Shown piece after piece: positions 1 to 13,771 of a stretch of 64,000 nucleotides of DNA (the stretch's first letter is position 1; every line of letters begins with the position of its first letter). The notes under the pieces are model-generated. The model did not search any database and had not been told where the DNA came from. It was given only the letters and a program-made list of their open reading frames with translations. Source of the DNA: Spirochaetia bacterium. Lineage in GTDB: Bacteria > Spirochaetota > Spirochaetia > SZUA-6 > Bin103. The stretch is taken from assembly GCA_965198005.1 (NCBI GenBank), contig CBDAOI010000004.1, positions 1,088,001 through 1,152,000 on the forward strand. Reading direction: 5' to 3'. Made by a program: the position numbers and the translations under genes.

Positions 1-448
1 CGGGGCCGCCGCCGGGCCGGCCGGGGCCGAGCTGCGGTTGCTGCTCGCCGTCGCCGTGAACCGGGAGTTCTTTCCCATGGTGCGAAATCAGCTCACTGCC
101 GATGAAATAGAGGACTCGCGCGCTCGCGCGCTGTACATTGCATTGGAGGATTGTCATCGCCACGAACAAACCGACACCGACAGTCTGCTGCTGCGCCTGG
201 AGTCGGCCGAGCTGCAGGCGCTGGTGGCAGAGAAGCTCTCGATTGACGAATTTACGCTCAACGCCGCAACCTACGTCGACGAGGGTGTGCGCCAAGTGAA
301 GTCGCAGGCGCTGGTGCGGCGGCGTGACCAACTCCTGGAACGGGTCCGCCGGGCCGGGTCCGGCTCGACCGAGGTGTTGGCGGACAAGATGTTCCTGGAT
401 AGTGAATTGGAGAAACTGCGGGCGCACGGCAGGGGCGTGGAGCAATGA
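1..448 (+). CDS. dnaG: DNA primase, C-terminal part (gene runs off the left edge)
   Basis: Helical C-terminal domain ([14 protein letters not shown]) whose stop overlaps the rpoD ATG (ATGA); dnaG-rpoD is a classic arrangement; catalytic motifs lie outside the window. Confidence 0.7.
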   Translation, partial: GAAAGPAGAELRLLLAVAVNREFFPMVRNQLTADEIEDSRARALYIALEDCHRHEQTDTDSLLLRLESAELQALVAEKLSIDEFTLNAATYVDEGVRQVKSQALVRRRDQLLERVRRAGSGSTEVLADKMFLDSELEKLRAHGRGVEQ

Positions 449-2190
449 GTGCGGTGAGCGATCTGCAGCAGGATCCGGCGGTAGAGCGGCTGCTGGACCT
501 CGCCCGGCGCAAGCGGGCGATCACGTACGACGAGGTCACCACCTTGCTGCCGGGCTGGATCATCAACTCCGACCGGGTCGGCGAGGTTACCGCGCTCCTT
601 GAGCGCAACGGGGTCAAGCTGGAAGACGAAGATGGATCCGACGACCGCGGCAACTCGAGGCGGGTGACTGCGAGGCCCCGTCCCGGTCGCAAGCTGGTCT
701 ACAGTGAGAAGGAGTCGGCGGTCGACGATCCGATCCGTCTCTATCTGCGCGAGATCGGCCGTGAGAGGCTGCTGACCGCGGAGGATGAGGTGACCCTGTC
801 GAAGGAGATGGAGACGGGCGAGAACATCATCAAGGAGGTGTTCACCTCGAGCGGCGCCCTCATTCCGGAGTTCTATCGGATCGCCGAGCGTGCGCGCCTG
901 ACCAGGGATCCGCGCGACCTCAACCTCTCGAAGAAGGAAGCCACGGAGTTCCTGGCCGACCGCCGGCGTCTGAACGCCTGGTACAAGGATACGATTCGCG
1001 AGCTGTACGACGATCTGAAGGGCTACGTCGAGATCAAGCACAAGCTGGCGGCCGAGCACGGCACCGTGCGCGGCAACCCTTCTCTCGCCGAGAGGCGCCG
1101 GCCGATTCTCCAGGCTCTGAAGGGTATCTCCTTTCATCAGGATGAGATAAACGGCGTGTCCGACCTCTTCGCCGGCGCCGCGCGCAAGATCCGCGCGATC
1201 ACCCGTGAGCAGCGCGACGTCGAGCAGCGGCTGCAGGTGGCCAATGCGAAGGAGCTGCGTACGCTCGGTCGCGGCCTGGCCCAGAAGGCGCAGCAGCCCC
1301 GCATCGAGGCCGCGCTGGAGCTGTCCGCCGACGAAATCAAGGATCTGATCCGCACCTTCCAGGGGAACGACCGCAAGCTGGTGGGGTTCGAGAACGACTT
1401 CGAGCAGACCTGCGACGAGATCCTGGCGATGTCCAAGGAGATCGAGCACGGCCGCGTGCGGATGAAGGGCGCCAAGGATCGGCTGATCCAGGCCAACCTG
1501 CGGCTGGTCGTGAGCATCGCCAAGAAGTACACCAACCGCGGGCTGCACTTCTTCGATCTGGTGCAGGAGGGCAATATCGGCCTGATCAAGGCGGTCGAGA
1601 AGTTCGAGTACCGCAAGGGCTACAAGTTTTCGACCTATGCCACCTGGTGGATTCGGCAGGCGATTACGCGCTCCATTTCGGATCAGGCACGCACCATCCG
1701 CGTGCCGGTGCACATGATCGAGCAGATCAACAAGGTGGTGCGCGAGTCGCGCCAGCTCATGCAGATGCTCGGGCGTGAACCCTCCGACGAGGAAGTGGCG
1801 GAGCGCCTCGGCTGGTCGGCGGCGCGTATCAAGTCGGTAAAGGGCGTGGCCCGTGAGCCGATCTCCCTGGAGACCCCCATCGGCGAGGAAGAGGATTCGA
1901 TCCTCGGCGACTTCATCGAGGACAAGGACGTCGAGAACCCCGACGGCAAGACCGCGTTCGCCCTGCTGCAGGATCAGTTGGCGGGCGTGTTGAAGACGCT
2001 GCCCCGGCGGGAGCAGGAGGTGCTGAGGATGCGGTTCGGGCTGGACGACGGCTACTCGCTGACGTTGGAAGAGGTGGGGCTCTACTTCAACGTCACCCGT
2101 GAGCGTATCCGGCAAATCGAAGCCAAGGCGTTGCGGCGTCTGCGGCATCCCAAGCGCAGCCACCGCCTCAAGGATTACCTGGACGAGTAA
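445..2190 (+). CDS. rpoD: RNA polymerase primary sigma-70 factor
   Basis: Region 1.2 [12 protein letters not shown], region 2 [13 protein letters not shown]...[39 protein letters not shown], region 4 [27 protein letters not shown]. Confidence 0.98.
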   Translation: MSAVSDLQQDPAVERLLDLARRKRAITYDEVTTLLPGWIINSDRVGEVTALLERNGVKLEDEDGSDDRGNSRRVTARPRPGRKLVYSEKESAVDDPIRLYLREIGRERLLTAEDEVTLSKEMETGENIIKEVFTSSGALIPEFYRIAERARLTRDPRDLNLSKKEATEFLADRRRLNAWYKDTIRELYDDLKGYVEIKHKLAAEHGTVRGNPSLAERRRPILQALKGISFHQDEINGVSDLFAGAARKIRAITREQRDVEQRLQVANAKELRTLGRGLAQKAQQPRIEAALELSADEIKDLIRTFQGNDRKLVGFENDFEQTCDEILAMSKEIEHGRVRMKGAKDRLIQANLRLVVSIAKKYTNRGLHFFDLVQEGNIGLIKAVEKFEYRKGYKFSTYATWWIRQAITRSISDQARTIRVPVHMIEQINKVVRESRQLMQMLGREPSDEEVAERLGWSAARIKSVKGVAREPISLETPIGEEEDSILGDFIEDKDVENPDGKTAFALLQDQLAGVLKTLPRREQEVLRMRFGLDDGYSLTLEEVGLYFNVTRERIRQIEAKALRRLRHPKRSHRLKDYLDE

Positions 2191-3101
2191 TGGCAAACAA
2201 CACCCACAACCACGCCGCTTCCGGAACCGTGCATCTGGAGGACGTGCTGAAAAAGCTGCGTGCACTGCAGGAGGTGTTGTTCCAGCGCTTCCAGATCGAG
2301 CATGAGATCAGCGAGATACCGCGCGCGCTCTCTACCAAGACCGAAATGCTGAACCGGCTCAAGCAGTCATACGTGGAGAAGAACGACCTGTACGACCAGA
2401 CGCGGGATCGGATCCACGAGCTGCGGGCGCGTGCGATCGAGGCGGAGCGCGAACGTGAGCACTACGAAGGCCAGATGGACGCCATCCGTACCCAGCGCGA
2501 ATACGAGGCGCTCGACAAGGAGATTCGAGACTCCGGCGACCGCGAGGTGGAGACGCGGCGCGAGTTGCAACGGGAGGAGGAGAATCTCGAGGAAATGGCC
2601 GGAACGCTCGAGCATGAGGAGGCCCTGATCAAGCAGCAGGAGCAGGAGGTGGGCGAGGAACAGCAGCGTATCGACAGTGAGATTGCCGAGCGCGAGACCA
2701 CCCTCAAGGAGCTGATCGCCGAGGAATCCAGCATTGTTCCCGGTCTTGACTCCGAGTTGCTGTTCAAGTTCGAGCGCATCATCCGCACCAAGGAGGGACT
2801 GGGCATCGTTCCGCTTCGTGCCGGCGTCTGTACCGGGTGTCAGATGATCATGGCGCCGTATTTCGCCAACCGGGTACGTGCGAGCGAAGAGATCATGTTC
2901 TGCCCGAATTGCAGCCGGATCGTGTTCTACGGCGGCGATGAGGAGTTCCCGGAGGATTCCTTCGCGGATGCCGCGGCCGAGCTCGACGACGAGGATCTGA
3001 TGTTCGACGACGAACCGGTAGATGCGGACGCCGACGAGCCGGTGGAATCCATCGGCGACGGCGAGAGTGTTGACACCGCGGCGCCTGACGACGAAGGTTA
3101 G
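2190..3101 (+). CDS. C4-type zinc-ribbon / coiled-coil protein (DUF164, CT398-like) with acidic tail
   Basis: Long coiled coil, then CTGC...CPNC; TAATG coupling to rpoD; D/E-rich C-terminus. Confidence 0.85.
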   Translation: MANNTHNHAASGTVHLEDVLKKLRALQEVLFQRFQIEHEISEIPRALSTKTEMLNRLKQSYVEKNDLYDQTRDRIHELRARAIEAEREREHYEGQMDAIRTQREYEALDKEIRDSGDREVETRRELQREEENLEEMAGTLEHEEALIKQQEQEVGEEQQRIDSEIAERETTLKELIAEESSIVPGLDSELLFKFERIIRTKEGLGIVPLRAGVCTGCQMIMAPYFANRVRASEEIMFCPNCSRIVFYGGDEEFPEDSFADAAAELDDEDLMFDDEPVDADADEPVESIGDGESVDTAAPDDEG

Positions 3102-3105
3102 GCGC

Positions 3106-3515
3106 AAGAGGCGGGCCGGCGCATCGCCGCGTACGGCATCTGGTCGCGCGTGGAGGAAAGTCCGGGCTCCGTAGGGCACGGCGCCGGGTAACTCCCGGGC
3201 CGCCGGCCGAGGTCGGCGGACAGCCAGTACCACAGAAAACATACTGCCGGCGGCAGGGGGCCGAGGCGTCCGGCCGCCGGTGAGGGTGAAAAGGTGGAGT
3301 AAGAGCCCACCGCGCCGCTGGTAACAGCGGCGGCAGGGTAAACCTCGCCGGGAGCAAAGCCGAGCAGCAGGTGGACGGCCCGTCCGGGGGCGCCGCCCCG
3401 GCCTGCGGGTAGGCTGCATGAGTCGCCTGGGAACAGGCGGCCCAGATAGATGATGCGCGACGGAGGCGCCGGCCGGCGCCTCCGGTACAGAACCCGGCTT
3501 ACAGGCCCGCCTCTT
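3106..3515 (+). ncRNA. rnpB: RNase P RNA (bacterial type A)
   Basis: Conserved motifs GAGGAAAGTCCGGGCTCC, CACAGAAAAC, GGGTGAAAAGGTG, GGTAAACC, GAGCAA, AGATAGATG and ACAGAACCCGGCTTA; 5' AAGAGGCGGGCC pairs with 3' GGCCCGCCTCTT (P1). Confidence 0.96.
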
Positions 3516-3692
3516 TTCTTTCCCGAAGCCCCGAAGCAGCCCACGGAAGCTCGTGAGCGCCGATCGTCTGTGGTTTATTTGGGGTCGATGGGATACAGTG
3601 GCGACTGTCTGGAGAAGGTGAGCGTGGCGCGCGGTTCGGTCCATTCGGTTCAATCAATGAGGCGGCAAGGTCACTCCGTGACCCGGAAGCCC

Positions 3693-4682
3693 ATGAAAAC
3701 GGCGCATGGGGCAGTGCACGGTGGCCGCCATTTTCGGACCAAGCCCCGGCTGAGGCGGTACCAGTATCGGCGCCGGCGATCGGGCGGCCCCCGATTGCTG
3801 GTGGTTGTGGTCGCTGCCGGCGTGGGGCTGCTCGTGATTCTGGGGGCGGTATTCCGGTGGGACATGCTGGCGGACGAGTGGCTGCGCGCCGCGGAGCCGC
3901 AGCCGTCGTTGTTGGAGCTTGCCAACGCCGGGCGCTACGACGAGGTGCTGAGCCGCAGTACCGCGGTGCTGGCCGAGCGCCCGCTGGACTCCGAGACGCT
4001 CCTGCTGCGCGGCATCGCGCACTTCTACCGGGCGGTGGGAGCGGCCGCCGAGGAGGAGCGGGAACCGCACCTGGACCAGGCAATCATCTCGGTGCGGCGC
4101 GCCCGGCTCGATACCAACCTGCGGGCCCGGCCCGAGGCAGGCTATGTGCTGGGCAAGGCATACTTTCACAAGGGTCCGTTCTACTACGATCAGGCGGTCG
4201 CCTATCTGGCACAGTCGCTCGCGGACGGGTACGAGGCGGCCGACACGCACGAATACCTGGGACTGGCGCACATGCGCTCCGGCGAGCTGGAGACCGGGCT
4301 GCAGCACTTTACGTTGGCGCTGGAGCGGCGCCCGACCGCGCGCCTCTACCTGGCGGTCGGCCAGATCTTCCAGCGGCTTGGCCGCAACGACGAGGCGGTG
4401 GCACACTTTCAGTCGGCCTTGAGCAACGCCGCGGACCTTGACCTGGAGGTGCGCACGCGATTCCTCCTCGGAGGGTTGCTGTTGGAGCGGGCGCGGTTTT
4501 CCGAGGCGCGCGACCAGTACCATGAGATTCTGAAGCTCATCCCGGGCTCGGCGGACGCACTCGTATACCTGGGGGATGCGCACGCCGGGTTGGGCGATGG
4601 TGCACAGGCGCGCGCCGCATGGCGCCGGGCGCGCACTACCGATCCGCTCCATCACGGCGCCAACCTGCGGTTGCGGGCATAG
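3693..4682 (+). CDS. Membrane-anchored tetratricopeptide repeat protein (start uncertain)
   Basis: Basic N-terminus, one TM helix ([20 protein letters not shown]), several TPR-like repeats ([30 protein letters not shown]). Confidence 0.8.
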   Translation: MKTAHGAVHGGRHFRTKPRLRRYQYRRRRSGGPRLLVVVVAAGVGLLVILGAVFRWDMLADEWLRAAEPQPSLLELANAGRYDEVLSRSTAVLAERPLDSETLLLRGIAHFYRAVGAAAEEEREPHLDQAIISVRRARLDTNLRARPEAGYVLGKAYFHKGPFYYDQAVAYLAQSLADGYEAADTHEYLGLAHMRSGELETGLQHFTLALERRPTARLYLAVGQIFQRLGRNDEAVAHFQSALSNAADLDLEVRTRFLLGGLLLERARFSEARDQYHEILKLIPGSADALVYLGDAHAGLGDGAQARAAWRRARTTDPLHHGANLRLRA

Positions 4683-4692
4683 GAGACTGAAC

Positions 4693-5718
4693 GTGGGCAT
4701 ATTCAGCCACTTCGCCATGGACATCGGGATCGACCTTGGGACGTGCAACACGCTGGTGCACGTGAAGGGCAAGGGGATCGTGCTCTCGGAACCGTCGGTG
4801 GTGGCAGTAGAGAAGAGCACCAAGAACGTCGTCGCGGTCGGCACGGAAGCCAAGCGGATGATGTGGAAGACCCCGGATGACATCGTGGCGATCCGGCCGC
4901 TGCAGGATGGCGTGATCGCGGACTACGACCACACGGAAAAGATGATCCGCTACTTCATCAACGACGTGACGCAGCGTCGTTGGCTGGTGAAACCGCGCAT
5001 GGTAATCGGCATTCCGACCAGCATTACCGAGGTCGAGCGGCGGGCCGTGCGCGAGAGTGCCGAGCAGGCCGGCGCCCGCGAGGTATATCTGATCGAGGAG
5101 TCGATGGCTGCCGCTATCGGCGCCAACATACCGTTCCTCGAACCCGCCGGCCACATGGTATGCGACATTGGCGGCGGCACCACCGAAGTCTCGGTAATCT
5201 CTCTCGGCGGCATGGTCGTGTCCAGCGCGATTCGGATCGGCGGCGACGAGTTCGACGAGGCGATCATCAAGCACGTCCGCACGGTGCACAACCTGATCAT
5301 CGGCAACGAGACCGCCGAACGGGTCAAGATCACGATCGGTAATGCGGCTCCCGACAAGAAGATCGAGAAGATGGAGGTCATGGGACGCGACGCCATTACC
5401 GGGTTGCCGCGGCGGTTGGAAGTGGACTCGGTGGAGATACGCGAGTCACTGGCCGAAACCACCAACTCGGTGGTTGAAGAGATCAAGCGCAACCTGGGGA
5501 AGACGCCGCCGGAACTGGCGGCGGACATCATCGAGACCGGGATCACCATGACCGGCGGCGGATCGCTGCTGAAAGGACTGCCGGCGTTGATTCAGCGCGA
5601 AACCGGCGTCCCGGTGGTCGTGGCCGAGAATCCGTTGCTGTGCGTGGCGCTGGGGGCGGGCCGCTTTCTCGACAGTATGCGCGACCGTGATCGCAAGTAC
5701 TTCAACTACCGCAACTGA
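4693..5718 (+). CDS. mreB: Rod shape-determining protein MreB
   Basis: [47 protein letters not shown] at 4681 before GTG 4693. Confidence 0.97.
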   Translation: MGIFSHFAMDIGIDLGTCNTLVHVKGKGIVLSEPSVVAVEKSTKNVVAVGTEAKRMMWKTPDDIVAIRPLQDGVIADYDHTEKMIRYFINDVTQRRWLVKPRMVIGIPTSITEVERRAVRESAEQAGAREVYLIEESMAAAIGANIPFLEPAGHMVCDIGGGTTEVSVISLGGMVVSSAIRIGGDEFDEAIIKHVRTVHNLIIGNETAERVKITIGNAAPDKKIEKMEVMGRDAITGLPRRLEVDSVEIRESLAETTNSVVEEIKRNLGKTPPELAADIIETGITMTGGGSLLKGLPALIQRETGVPVVVAENPLLCVALGAGRFLDSMRDRDRKYFNYRN

Positions 5719-5735
5719 CTCCGCGCCGGTGGGCG

Positions 5736-6674
5736 GTGGTGCGGCGGATGGGCCAAAATCGGCGGCCCGGGCAGCGGGTTCTTGGTGCGGGGGACATTCG
5801 CGGAGTGGTCGAGGGTGGTCGGCCGCCCGTCAACTCGTTCGTGTCCCGCCATCGTACGGGAGTCGCTCTGGTCGTCCTGCTGGCGAGTTGCATAGTGATG
5901 TTGAGCTTGTCCCATCGACCGGTAACCGCGGTTCCGGAACGGGCCGGCCGTGCGGTGTTCGCTGCGCTGCAGTCGGTCATGGGCGAGGTCGGGCGGTTCT
6001 TCAGCGGTACCTGGAACTCGATAGCCGAGCTCCGCCGGGCGCGACTGGAGCTTGCCGCCGCGCGTGACCAACTGATCGAGTTCGAGCAGATGTCCGGCGA
6101 GTTGGCCGAGCTGCGGATTCAGAACGCGGAGCTCCGGCGGCAACTCGCGTTCGCGGCTGACACGCGATTCGAGCACCTGTCGGCACAGGTGTTGGCACGC
6201 GGCCCGGGCAACCTGTTCACTACCGTGACCATCAGCCGCGGCCGCCGGCACGGGGTCGCCGCCGGCATGGCGGTCGTGGCGTTGCAGGACGGTCTTCAGG
6301 GACTGGTAGGGCGCGTGGCCGAAGTGGGCGCCGGTACTTCCGTCGTGCTGCCGATCACCGCCCGCTCGTCGTTCGTGGCGGCCCGGCTGCAGGAGTTGCG
6401 CTATGACGGGTTGGTGCTGGGTGCGGGTGACGCCGGGTTGATGATGCGCCACGTCAGCAAGGACGCCGCGTCACAGATCGGGGAAGGCGACCTGGCGATT
6501 ACTTCGGGTATGGGAGGCGTGTTCCCGCGCGGCATTCAGATCGGCCGGGTACGGGAGGTGAACGCGCCGATCTACCAGAACTCGTTGGAGTTGGCGTTGA
6601 CGCCACTGGTGGACCTGTCGCGGCTCGAGTACGTGTTCGTCATCACCACCCCGCATGCCGTCGAGGCGAACTGA
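5736..6674 (+). CDS. mreC: Rod shape-determining protein MreC (true start probably ~5830-5841)
   Basis: TM helix, coiled coil, GLVGRV and ITSGMGGVFPRGIQIGRV motifs; follows mreB. Confidence 0.93.
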   Translation: MVRRMGQNRRPGQRVLGAGDIRGVVEGGRPPVNSFVSRHRTGVALVVLLASCIVMLSLSHRPVTAVPERAGRAVFAALQSVMGEVGRFFSGTWNSIAELRRARLELAAARDQLIEFEQMSGELAELRIQNAELRRQLAFAADTRFEHLSAQVLARGPGNLFTTVTISRGRRHGVAAGMAVVALQDGLQGLVGRVAEVGAGTSVVLPITARSSFVAARLQELRYDGLVLGAGDAGLMMRHVSKDAASQIGEGDLAITSGMGGVFPRGIQIGRVREVNAPIYQNSLELALTPLVDLSRLEYVFVITTPHAVEAN

Positions 6675-6677
6675 ACC

Positions 6678-7193
6678 GTGGTGAGCTATGGCCGCCCGCT
6701 GTTGCTCACTATACTGTTCATGGGTGTCGTGGTGCTGTTGCAGTCCACGGTCATCGGGGTGGTTGCCGTACGCGGCGCGACGCCCGACCTGTTGATGATC
6801 CTCATGATGTTTCTGGCCATCCGGCGCGGCGCCATGAGCGGCCAGCTTGCCGGATTCGCGGGCGGTCTGATGGAGGACTTGGTGAGTCTCGCCCCGCTCG
6901 GCTTCCATGCGTTGGTGCGTACGGTGCTCGGCTTTGGCGGCGGGTTGCTGCACGGCCTGATTCGCATGGACGCGGTGTTGCTGCCGTTCCTCCTGCTGCT
7001 GGGGGCGGTGACGGTAAAGGGGTTGGTCAGCACGCTGTTCGCCTGGCTGTTCGCCATCCATCTCGACAGCAACCTGCTGGACCAGCGGTTCTGGATCCAG
7101 GCCGCCTACACCGCGGTGGTGGCGCCGATCCTGTTCGCGCTGTTGTCGCGGATCAGCGTCCTGCGCCCGGTGAAGCCGGAGGCGAAGCCGTGA
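6678..7193 (+). CDS. mreD: Rod shape-determining protein MreD
   Basis: Hydrophobic, with PDLL...GF..GL.EDL.S..PLG motif; lies between mreC and mrdA. Confidence 0.93.
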   Translation: MVSYGRPLLLTILFMGVVVLLQSTVIGVVAVRGATPDLLMILMMFLAIRRGAMSGQLAGFAGGLMEDLVSLAPLGFHALVRTVLGFGGGLLHGLIRMDAVLLPFLLLLGAVTVKGLVSTLFAWLFAIHLDSNLLDQRFWIQAAYTAVVAPILFALLSRISVLRPVKPEAKP

Positions 7194-9073
7194 TCGCGCA
7201 CGGGCAGGCGATTACCGATCCCGACCCGGAAGAGCAGGAGCTTCTCAAGCGGCGGGCGATCGGGCTGGCGGTGGCGATCGGGGCACTGTTCCTGTTCCTG
7301 GCCGGATATCTGTTTTTTCTGCAGGTAGTGCGCGGTTTCGAGTTCAGGATGCTGGCGGTTGCGATGGCGCGGCGCGAGACGACCATTCCGGCGCCGCGCG
7401 GCGAGATCTTCGATCGGACCTACACCCGGCCGGTGGTGGCCAACCACGACGTTCTGGTGGTCGACCTGATTCCGGGCGAAGTCCCCAAGGAGGAGTTTCC
7501 GGCGTTGATGGTCCGTCTTGCCGCGGCGCTGGATCTGAGCGAGGAAGAGCTCGCACAGCGTGTTCCGCTGCGCATGCGCCATCTGTACCGGGCGATCGAA
7601 CTCAAGCGTGGGGTGGATTTTGCCACCATCGCGGCACTGGCCGAGCGCATCGAGCACTACCCGGGCGTGACGTGGCGCGGCGTGCCCGCGCGCGGCTACG
7701 AGCAACTCGGCTCGCTGGCCCACGTGGTCGGCTACGTTGGCGGAATCAGCCGTGAGGAGCTGCAGGTGCTGTTCAACCAGGGGTACGCCGCCGACAGCAC
7801 CATCGGCAAGAGCGGCGTGGAAAAGCAGTACGAAGCCGTGTTGCGCGGCGTGGACGGTATCAGCCATCGCACGGTGGACGTGCGCGAGCGGGCGGTGTCC
7901 GAGGTCTGGCAGACGGCGGTGGCGCCGCAGCCGGGAGTGGACGTGGTGCTTACCATCGACCGCCGCGTGCAGCGGATAGCGGAGCAGGCGCTCGGACCGC
8001 GGATCGGCTCGGTGGTGGTGCTGCAGCCGAGCACCGGCGCGCTTCTGGCACTGGTCTCCTACCCCTGGTACGACCCCGGAACCTTCACCGGTTCGGGCGG
8101 TGCGGCCGCGTTTCGCGCCGCGGCGCTCGACCCGTCGTTCCCGTTCATCAACCGCGCCATCCGCTCGGTGTATGCCCCGGCGTCGGTGTTCAAGATAGCC
8201 ATGACGGCCGCGGTGGTGGAGGAGGGCACGTTCACTCCGGACCACACCATCAACTGCCGCGGCTCGTTCGCCTACGGCGACCGGATCTTCAAGGACTGGA
8301 TAGAAGAGGGGCACGGCCCGATCGAGCTCGAAGACGCGCTGGCTCAATCCTGTGACGTCTACTACTACAAGGCGGGTGCGGCGCTGGGGATCGAGCGCAT
8401 TGCGCACCACGCGACCGGCTTCGGTCTGGGCCGGGCGACCGGGATCGATCTGCCGGGCGAGGCGGCGGGTTCGGTGCCGACGCCGTCCTGGAAGCGCGCA
8501 AAGTTCAATGCCGGCTGGGTCGGCGGCGACACCATCAACCTGTCAATCGGTCAGGGCTACATCGCGGTGACGCCGCTGCAGATCGCCAACCTGGTGGCGA
8601 TGGTGGCCAACGACGGGGTCATCTACCGTCCCCACGTAGTGAAGGAGACGCGCGACCGCGCTACCGGGGCGATCCTGACCCGCACCGAACCCGAGCCGAT
8701 CCACACTTCCGCTCTGGACGATGCCACGCTGGCGATCGTGCGCCGCGCGTTGCGCGGCGTCGTTACCCGGGGCACGGCGGCGGTCGTGATTACGACCGAC
8801 GCGGTCGAGGTGGCCGGCAAGACCGGGACCGGGGAAATAGGGGTGGAAGACCATTACCACTCCTGGTTCGCTGCCTACGGTCCGTATGCTGCGGCCGATC
8901 CGGCGGAACAGGTAGTGGTCGTGGTGATGGTGGAGGCGGCCAACGAGTGGGAGTGGTGGGCACCGAAGGCGGCCAACCTCATTTTCCATGCGATGTTCGC
9001 GGACCAGACGGTGGCGGAGGCGGTAGCCTATCTGCGGCCGTGGTACGCGGACGGGGTGGTGGGGCTGGAGTGA
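7190..9073 (+). CDS. mrdA: Penicillin-binding protein 2
   Basis: APRGEIFDR, SVFK (SxxK), SCD, KTG motifs; synteny. Confidence 0.95.
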   Translation: MIAHGQAITDPDPEEQELLKRRAIGLAVAIGALFLFLAGYLFFLQVVRGFEFRMLAVAMARRETTIPAPRGEIFDRTYTRPVVANHDVLVVDLIPGEVPKEEFPALMVRLAAALDLSEEELAQRVPLRMRHLYRAIELKRGVDFATIAALAERIEHYPGVTWRGVPARGYEQLGSLAHVVGYVGGISREELQVLFNQGYAADSTIGKSGVEKQYEAVLRGVDGISHRTVDVRERAVSEVWQTAVAPQPGVDVVLTIDRRVQRIAEQALGPRIGSVVVLQPSTGALLALVSYPWYDPGTFTGSGGAAAFRAAALDPSFPFINRAIRSVYAPASVFKIAMTAAVVEEGTFTPDHTINCRGSFAYGDRIFKDWIEEGHGPIELEDALAQSCDVYYYKAGAALGIERIAHHATGFGLGRATGIDLPGEAAGSVPTPSWKRAKFNAGWVGGDTINLSIGQGYIAVTPLQIANLVAMVANDGVIYRPHVVKETRDRATGAILTRTEPEPIHTSALDDATLAIVRRALRGVVTRGTAAVVITTDAVEVAGKTGTGEIGVEDHYHSWFAAYGPYAAADPAEQVVVVVMVEAANEWEWWAPKAANLIFHAMFADQTVAEAVAYLRPWYADGVVGLE

Positions 9074-10396
9074 AACCCGTGAGCCGGTCGTTCGGCGGTC
9101 GCGGCCGCCTGCGCGCGTTGGATCCGATGCTCCTGATCGTGACCGCGGCGCTGGTGGCGATCGGGGTCGCGTTCGTGTACTCCAGCGGCGTCAACTCGGC
9201 GGGCGTATTGGTGTCCAACGAGTGGATCAAGCAGCTCGTGTGGGCCGGCACCGGCTGGATCCTGCTGCTGGTGTTCGCGATCAACAACCACCAGCGCTAC
9301 AAGTCCGTGACGCCGTACATCTTCATGGCCGCCTTGACCGTGCTGCTGGTTACGGCGCTGGTCGGACGGGAGGTGAACGGCGCCCGGTCGTGGCTGGGAA
9401 TCGGGGAGTTCGGAATCCAGCCGTCGGAGTTCGCCAAGCTGGCGACGATCCTGTTTCTGGCGGCCTACCTGTCGGAGATCGGCAACGGGATCTGCGAGCT
9501 GCCGCGCTTTCTGCTGGCGCTGCTGGTCGTGGCTGCGCCCGTGGGGCTGATCCTGTTGCAGCCTGACGTCGGGACCGCGCTGGTCTACTTCCCCATCTTT
9601 CTGGTCATGGCGCTGGTCGCGGGGGCGCGGGTTCGCCACGTGGTGTTCGTGGCGCTGGCGACACTGCTGACGTTGGTATGCGCCGCGATACCCTCGGTTC
9701 AGCGCCTGTTGATGGACACCGATCCCGGCGTGTGGCGCTTGGTGACCGACCCGGCCGTGGCCCGCTATTCGTTGCTGACCCTGGGCGCGGTCGGCGGCCT
9801 GGCGTTCGTCGGACACCGCGTGTTTCGCGGCACCACCTACTACTACTGGGTGACGTATGGCGTCGCCGTGCTGTTCCTGGGCATAGCCGGCGGTCTGCTG
9901 GTGGCTGCGTCACTCAAGGAGTACCAGATCATGCGGCTGGTCATCTTCATCAATCCATGGGTAGAGCCGCGCGGCGCCGGCTGGAACATCATCCAGTCGG
10001 TGACGGCGGTCGGCGCGGGCGGGTTCACCGGCACCGGCTATCTGGCGGGATCCCAGAGCCACTTGCGTTACCTGCCGCAACAGAGCACCGACTTCATATT
10101 CTCGATTCTGGCCGAGGAGTCCGGGTTTCTGGGTGCGTTGGGCGTGCTGCTGCTGTTCGCCGTGCTGCTCGGCCGCGGCATCGTCATCATGTACTTCGCC
10201 GGCGACCAGTTCGCGACGCTGGTGGCTGCCGGCGTGGTGGCAATGCTGCTCATGCACGTAGTGGTGAACATCGGCATGGCGATGGGCATCCTGCCGATCA
10301 CCGGCATACCGTTGATGCTGCTCTCCTACGGCGGCACCTCGCTGTGGACTGCCCTGATCGGCGTGGGGCTGCTCACCAACGTCGGTATCGCCCGCA

Positions 10397-10410
<14 letters not shown>
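9070..10410 (+). CDS. rodA: Rod shape-determining protein RodA (SEDS family)
   Basis: GARSW..IQPSEFAK, LLQPDVGT, TDFIFS, TGIPLMLLSYGG; GTGA overlap with mrdA. Confidence 0.95.
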
Positions 10411-12244
<1,834 letters not shown>

Positions 12245-12412
12245 TTTCGTCAGTCCTCTTCTCCAGTATCGGTCGGCGGGAAGGGCGAGTGCTGTCCGCG
12301 CATGCGCGTGGCACTATACCGCGCCTGCGGACCTTCGTCTCACCTTCTGTCACCGGGCGACGTTGACGCGCTCGGGAGCAACCCCGTAGGGTGCAGCGTC
12401 CGCACACCTCGA

Positions 12413-13771
12413 ATGACGGCGAACGCAACCAGACAGATCACGGTAATCGGTGCCGGCTACGCCGGCTTGGCCACGGCCTGTGGCCTGGCCGAGTTCGGCC
12501 ACCGCATCATGGTGATGGAGAAGCTCGAGCCGCGCGTGCGCGCCCTCGAGGGCGGCAGTCTGCCGATCTATGAGCCGGGGCTCGAGTGCTACTACGGGCG
12601 CGCGCGCGCGGCCGGCCGGCTGGCGTTCTCGACCGCCCCGGCGGCCGCCTTGGCCGCGGCCGAGCTGGTGTTTCTGGCGGTCGGCACTCCGTCGCTGCCG
12701 GACGGCAGGGTCGATACGTCGCATCTGCTGGCGGCCGTGGACGACTGCGCCCGGCACTGCCGGCCGCGTGCGCTGCTGGTGCTGAAGTCGACCGTCCCGA
12801 TGGGTACCGCGCGCTCGGTTCACCGGCGTCTGGGCGAGCACGGACGGTCCGATATCGCCGTCGTGTCCAATCCCGAGTTCCTCCAGGAAGGGAACGCGAT
12901 GCACCATTTTTTCCATCCCGATAAAGTGGTGATCGGCGCGCGGGACCCCGGTGCGCAAGCGGTCGTGGCTGGACTTTACGACCCGTTGTTCCCCGAGCCG
13001 CGCGCCGCCGAACCGCCGGTGGTGTGCTGCACCTGGGAAACAGCCGAGTTGATCAAGTACGCCAACAACGCCCTGCTGGCCACCAAAGTGGCGTTCATCA
13101 ACGAAGTCGCCGAGCTGTGTGACGCCGGCGGCGCCGACGTGCAGGTCGTGGCGCGTGCAATCGGCATGGACGGCCGGATCAGTCCCCGCTTCCTCGACCC
13201 TGGTCCCGGGTTCGGCGGAAGCTGCTTCCCCAAGGACGTGGCGGCGCTGGTCGCAACGGGGAGGCAGCACGACGTGCCGCTGGCGCTCATCGGACAGGTG
13301 CTGGTCTCCAACCGGCAGCACATGATGACCGTCGTGAGCCGGTTGGCGGCCGAGCTGCAGTCGCTGGCCGGCGCCCGGATCGGCGTCCTGGGGCTGGCGT
13401 TCAAGGCGGGGACCGACGACGTGCGCGAGTCCCCCGCCGTGGCGATCGTCGCGGAGCTGGTCCGCCGCGGGGCCGAGGTGCGCGTGTTCGATCCCAGGGC
13501 CATGGCGACTGTGCGCGCGGTGCTGGGTGACCGCGTTACCTACAGTCCCGACCCGTTGGCCGCGGCCTCCGGGAGCGACGCCGTGGTGCTGCTCACCGAA
13601 TGGGGCGAGTTCCGCGACCTCGACCTGGCGCGCCTCAGGGAGGTCATGGCGGGGACGTTGCTGCTGGATACCCGGAACCTGCTGGATGCCGGCGCCGCCG
13701 CGGCGCAGGGGCTGACCTATCGTGGGATGGGACGCGGCGCAGACGAGCGTGGCTCGGATCCCGCCGAGTGA
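12413..13771 (+). CDS. ugd: UDP-glucose/GDP-mannose dehydrogenase family protein
   Basis: GAGYAG Rossmann motif, KSTVP, SNPEFL, GFGGSCFPKD, LAFKAGTDDVRES. Confidence 0.92.
   Translation: MTANATRQITVIGAGYAGLATACGLAEFGHRIMVMEKLEPRVRALEGGSLPIYEPGLECYYGRARAAGRLAFSTAPAAALAAAELVFLAVGTPSLPDGRVDTSHLLAAVDDCARHCRPRALLVLKSTVPMGTARSVHRRLGEHGRSDIAVVSNPEFLQEGNAMHHFFHPDKVVIGARDPGAQAVVAGLYDPLFPEPRAAEPPVVCCTWETAELIKYANNALLATKVAFINEVAELCDAGGADVQVVARAIGMDGRISPRFLDPGPGFGGSCFPKDVAALVATGRQHDVPLALIGQVLVSNRQHMMTVVSRLAAELQSLAGARIGVLGLAFKAGTDDVRESPAVAIVAELVRRGAEVRVFDPRAMATVRAVLGDRVTYSPDPLAAASGSDAVVLLTEWGEFRDLDLARLREVMAGTLLLDTRNLLDAGAAAAQGLTYRGMGRGADERGSDPAE

Noticed and set aside
271-2265. Long antisense ORFs (also 22591-24948, 25645-27888, 29739-31469)
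   Set aside because: Stop-poor shadow frames expected opposite real genes in high-GC DNA; no motifs
3098-3544. ORFs across 3.1-3.5 kb, including the 5' part of 3450-4682
   Set aside because: Region is the RNase P RNA gene
12245-12412. glmS ribozyme upstream of glmS
   Set aside because: No recognisable core consensus; the short region is shared with the divergent ugd promoter
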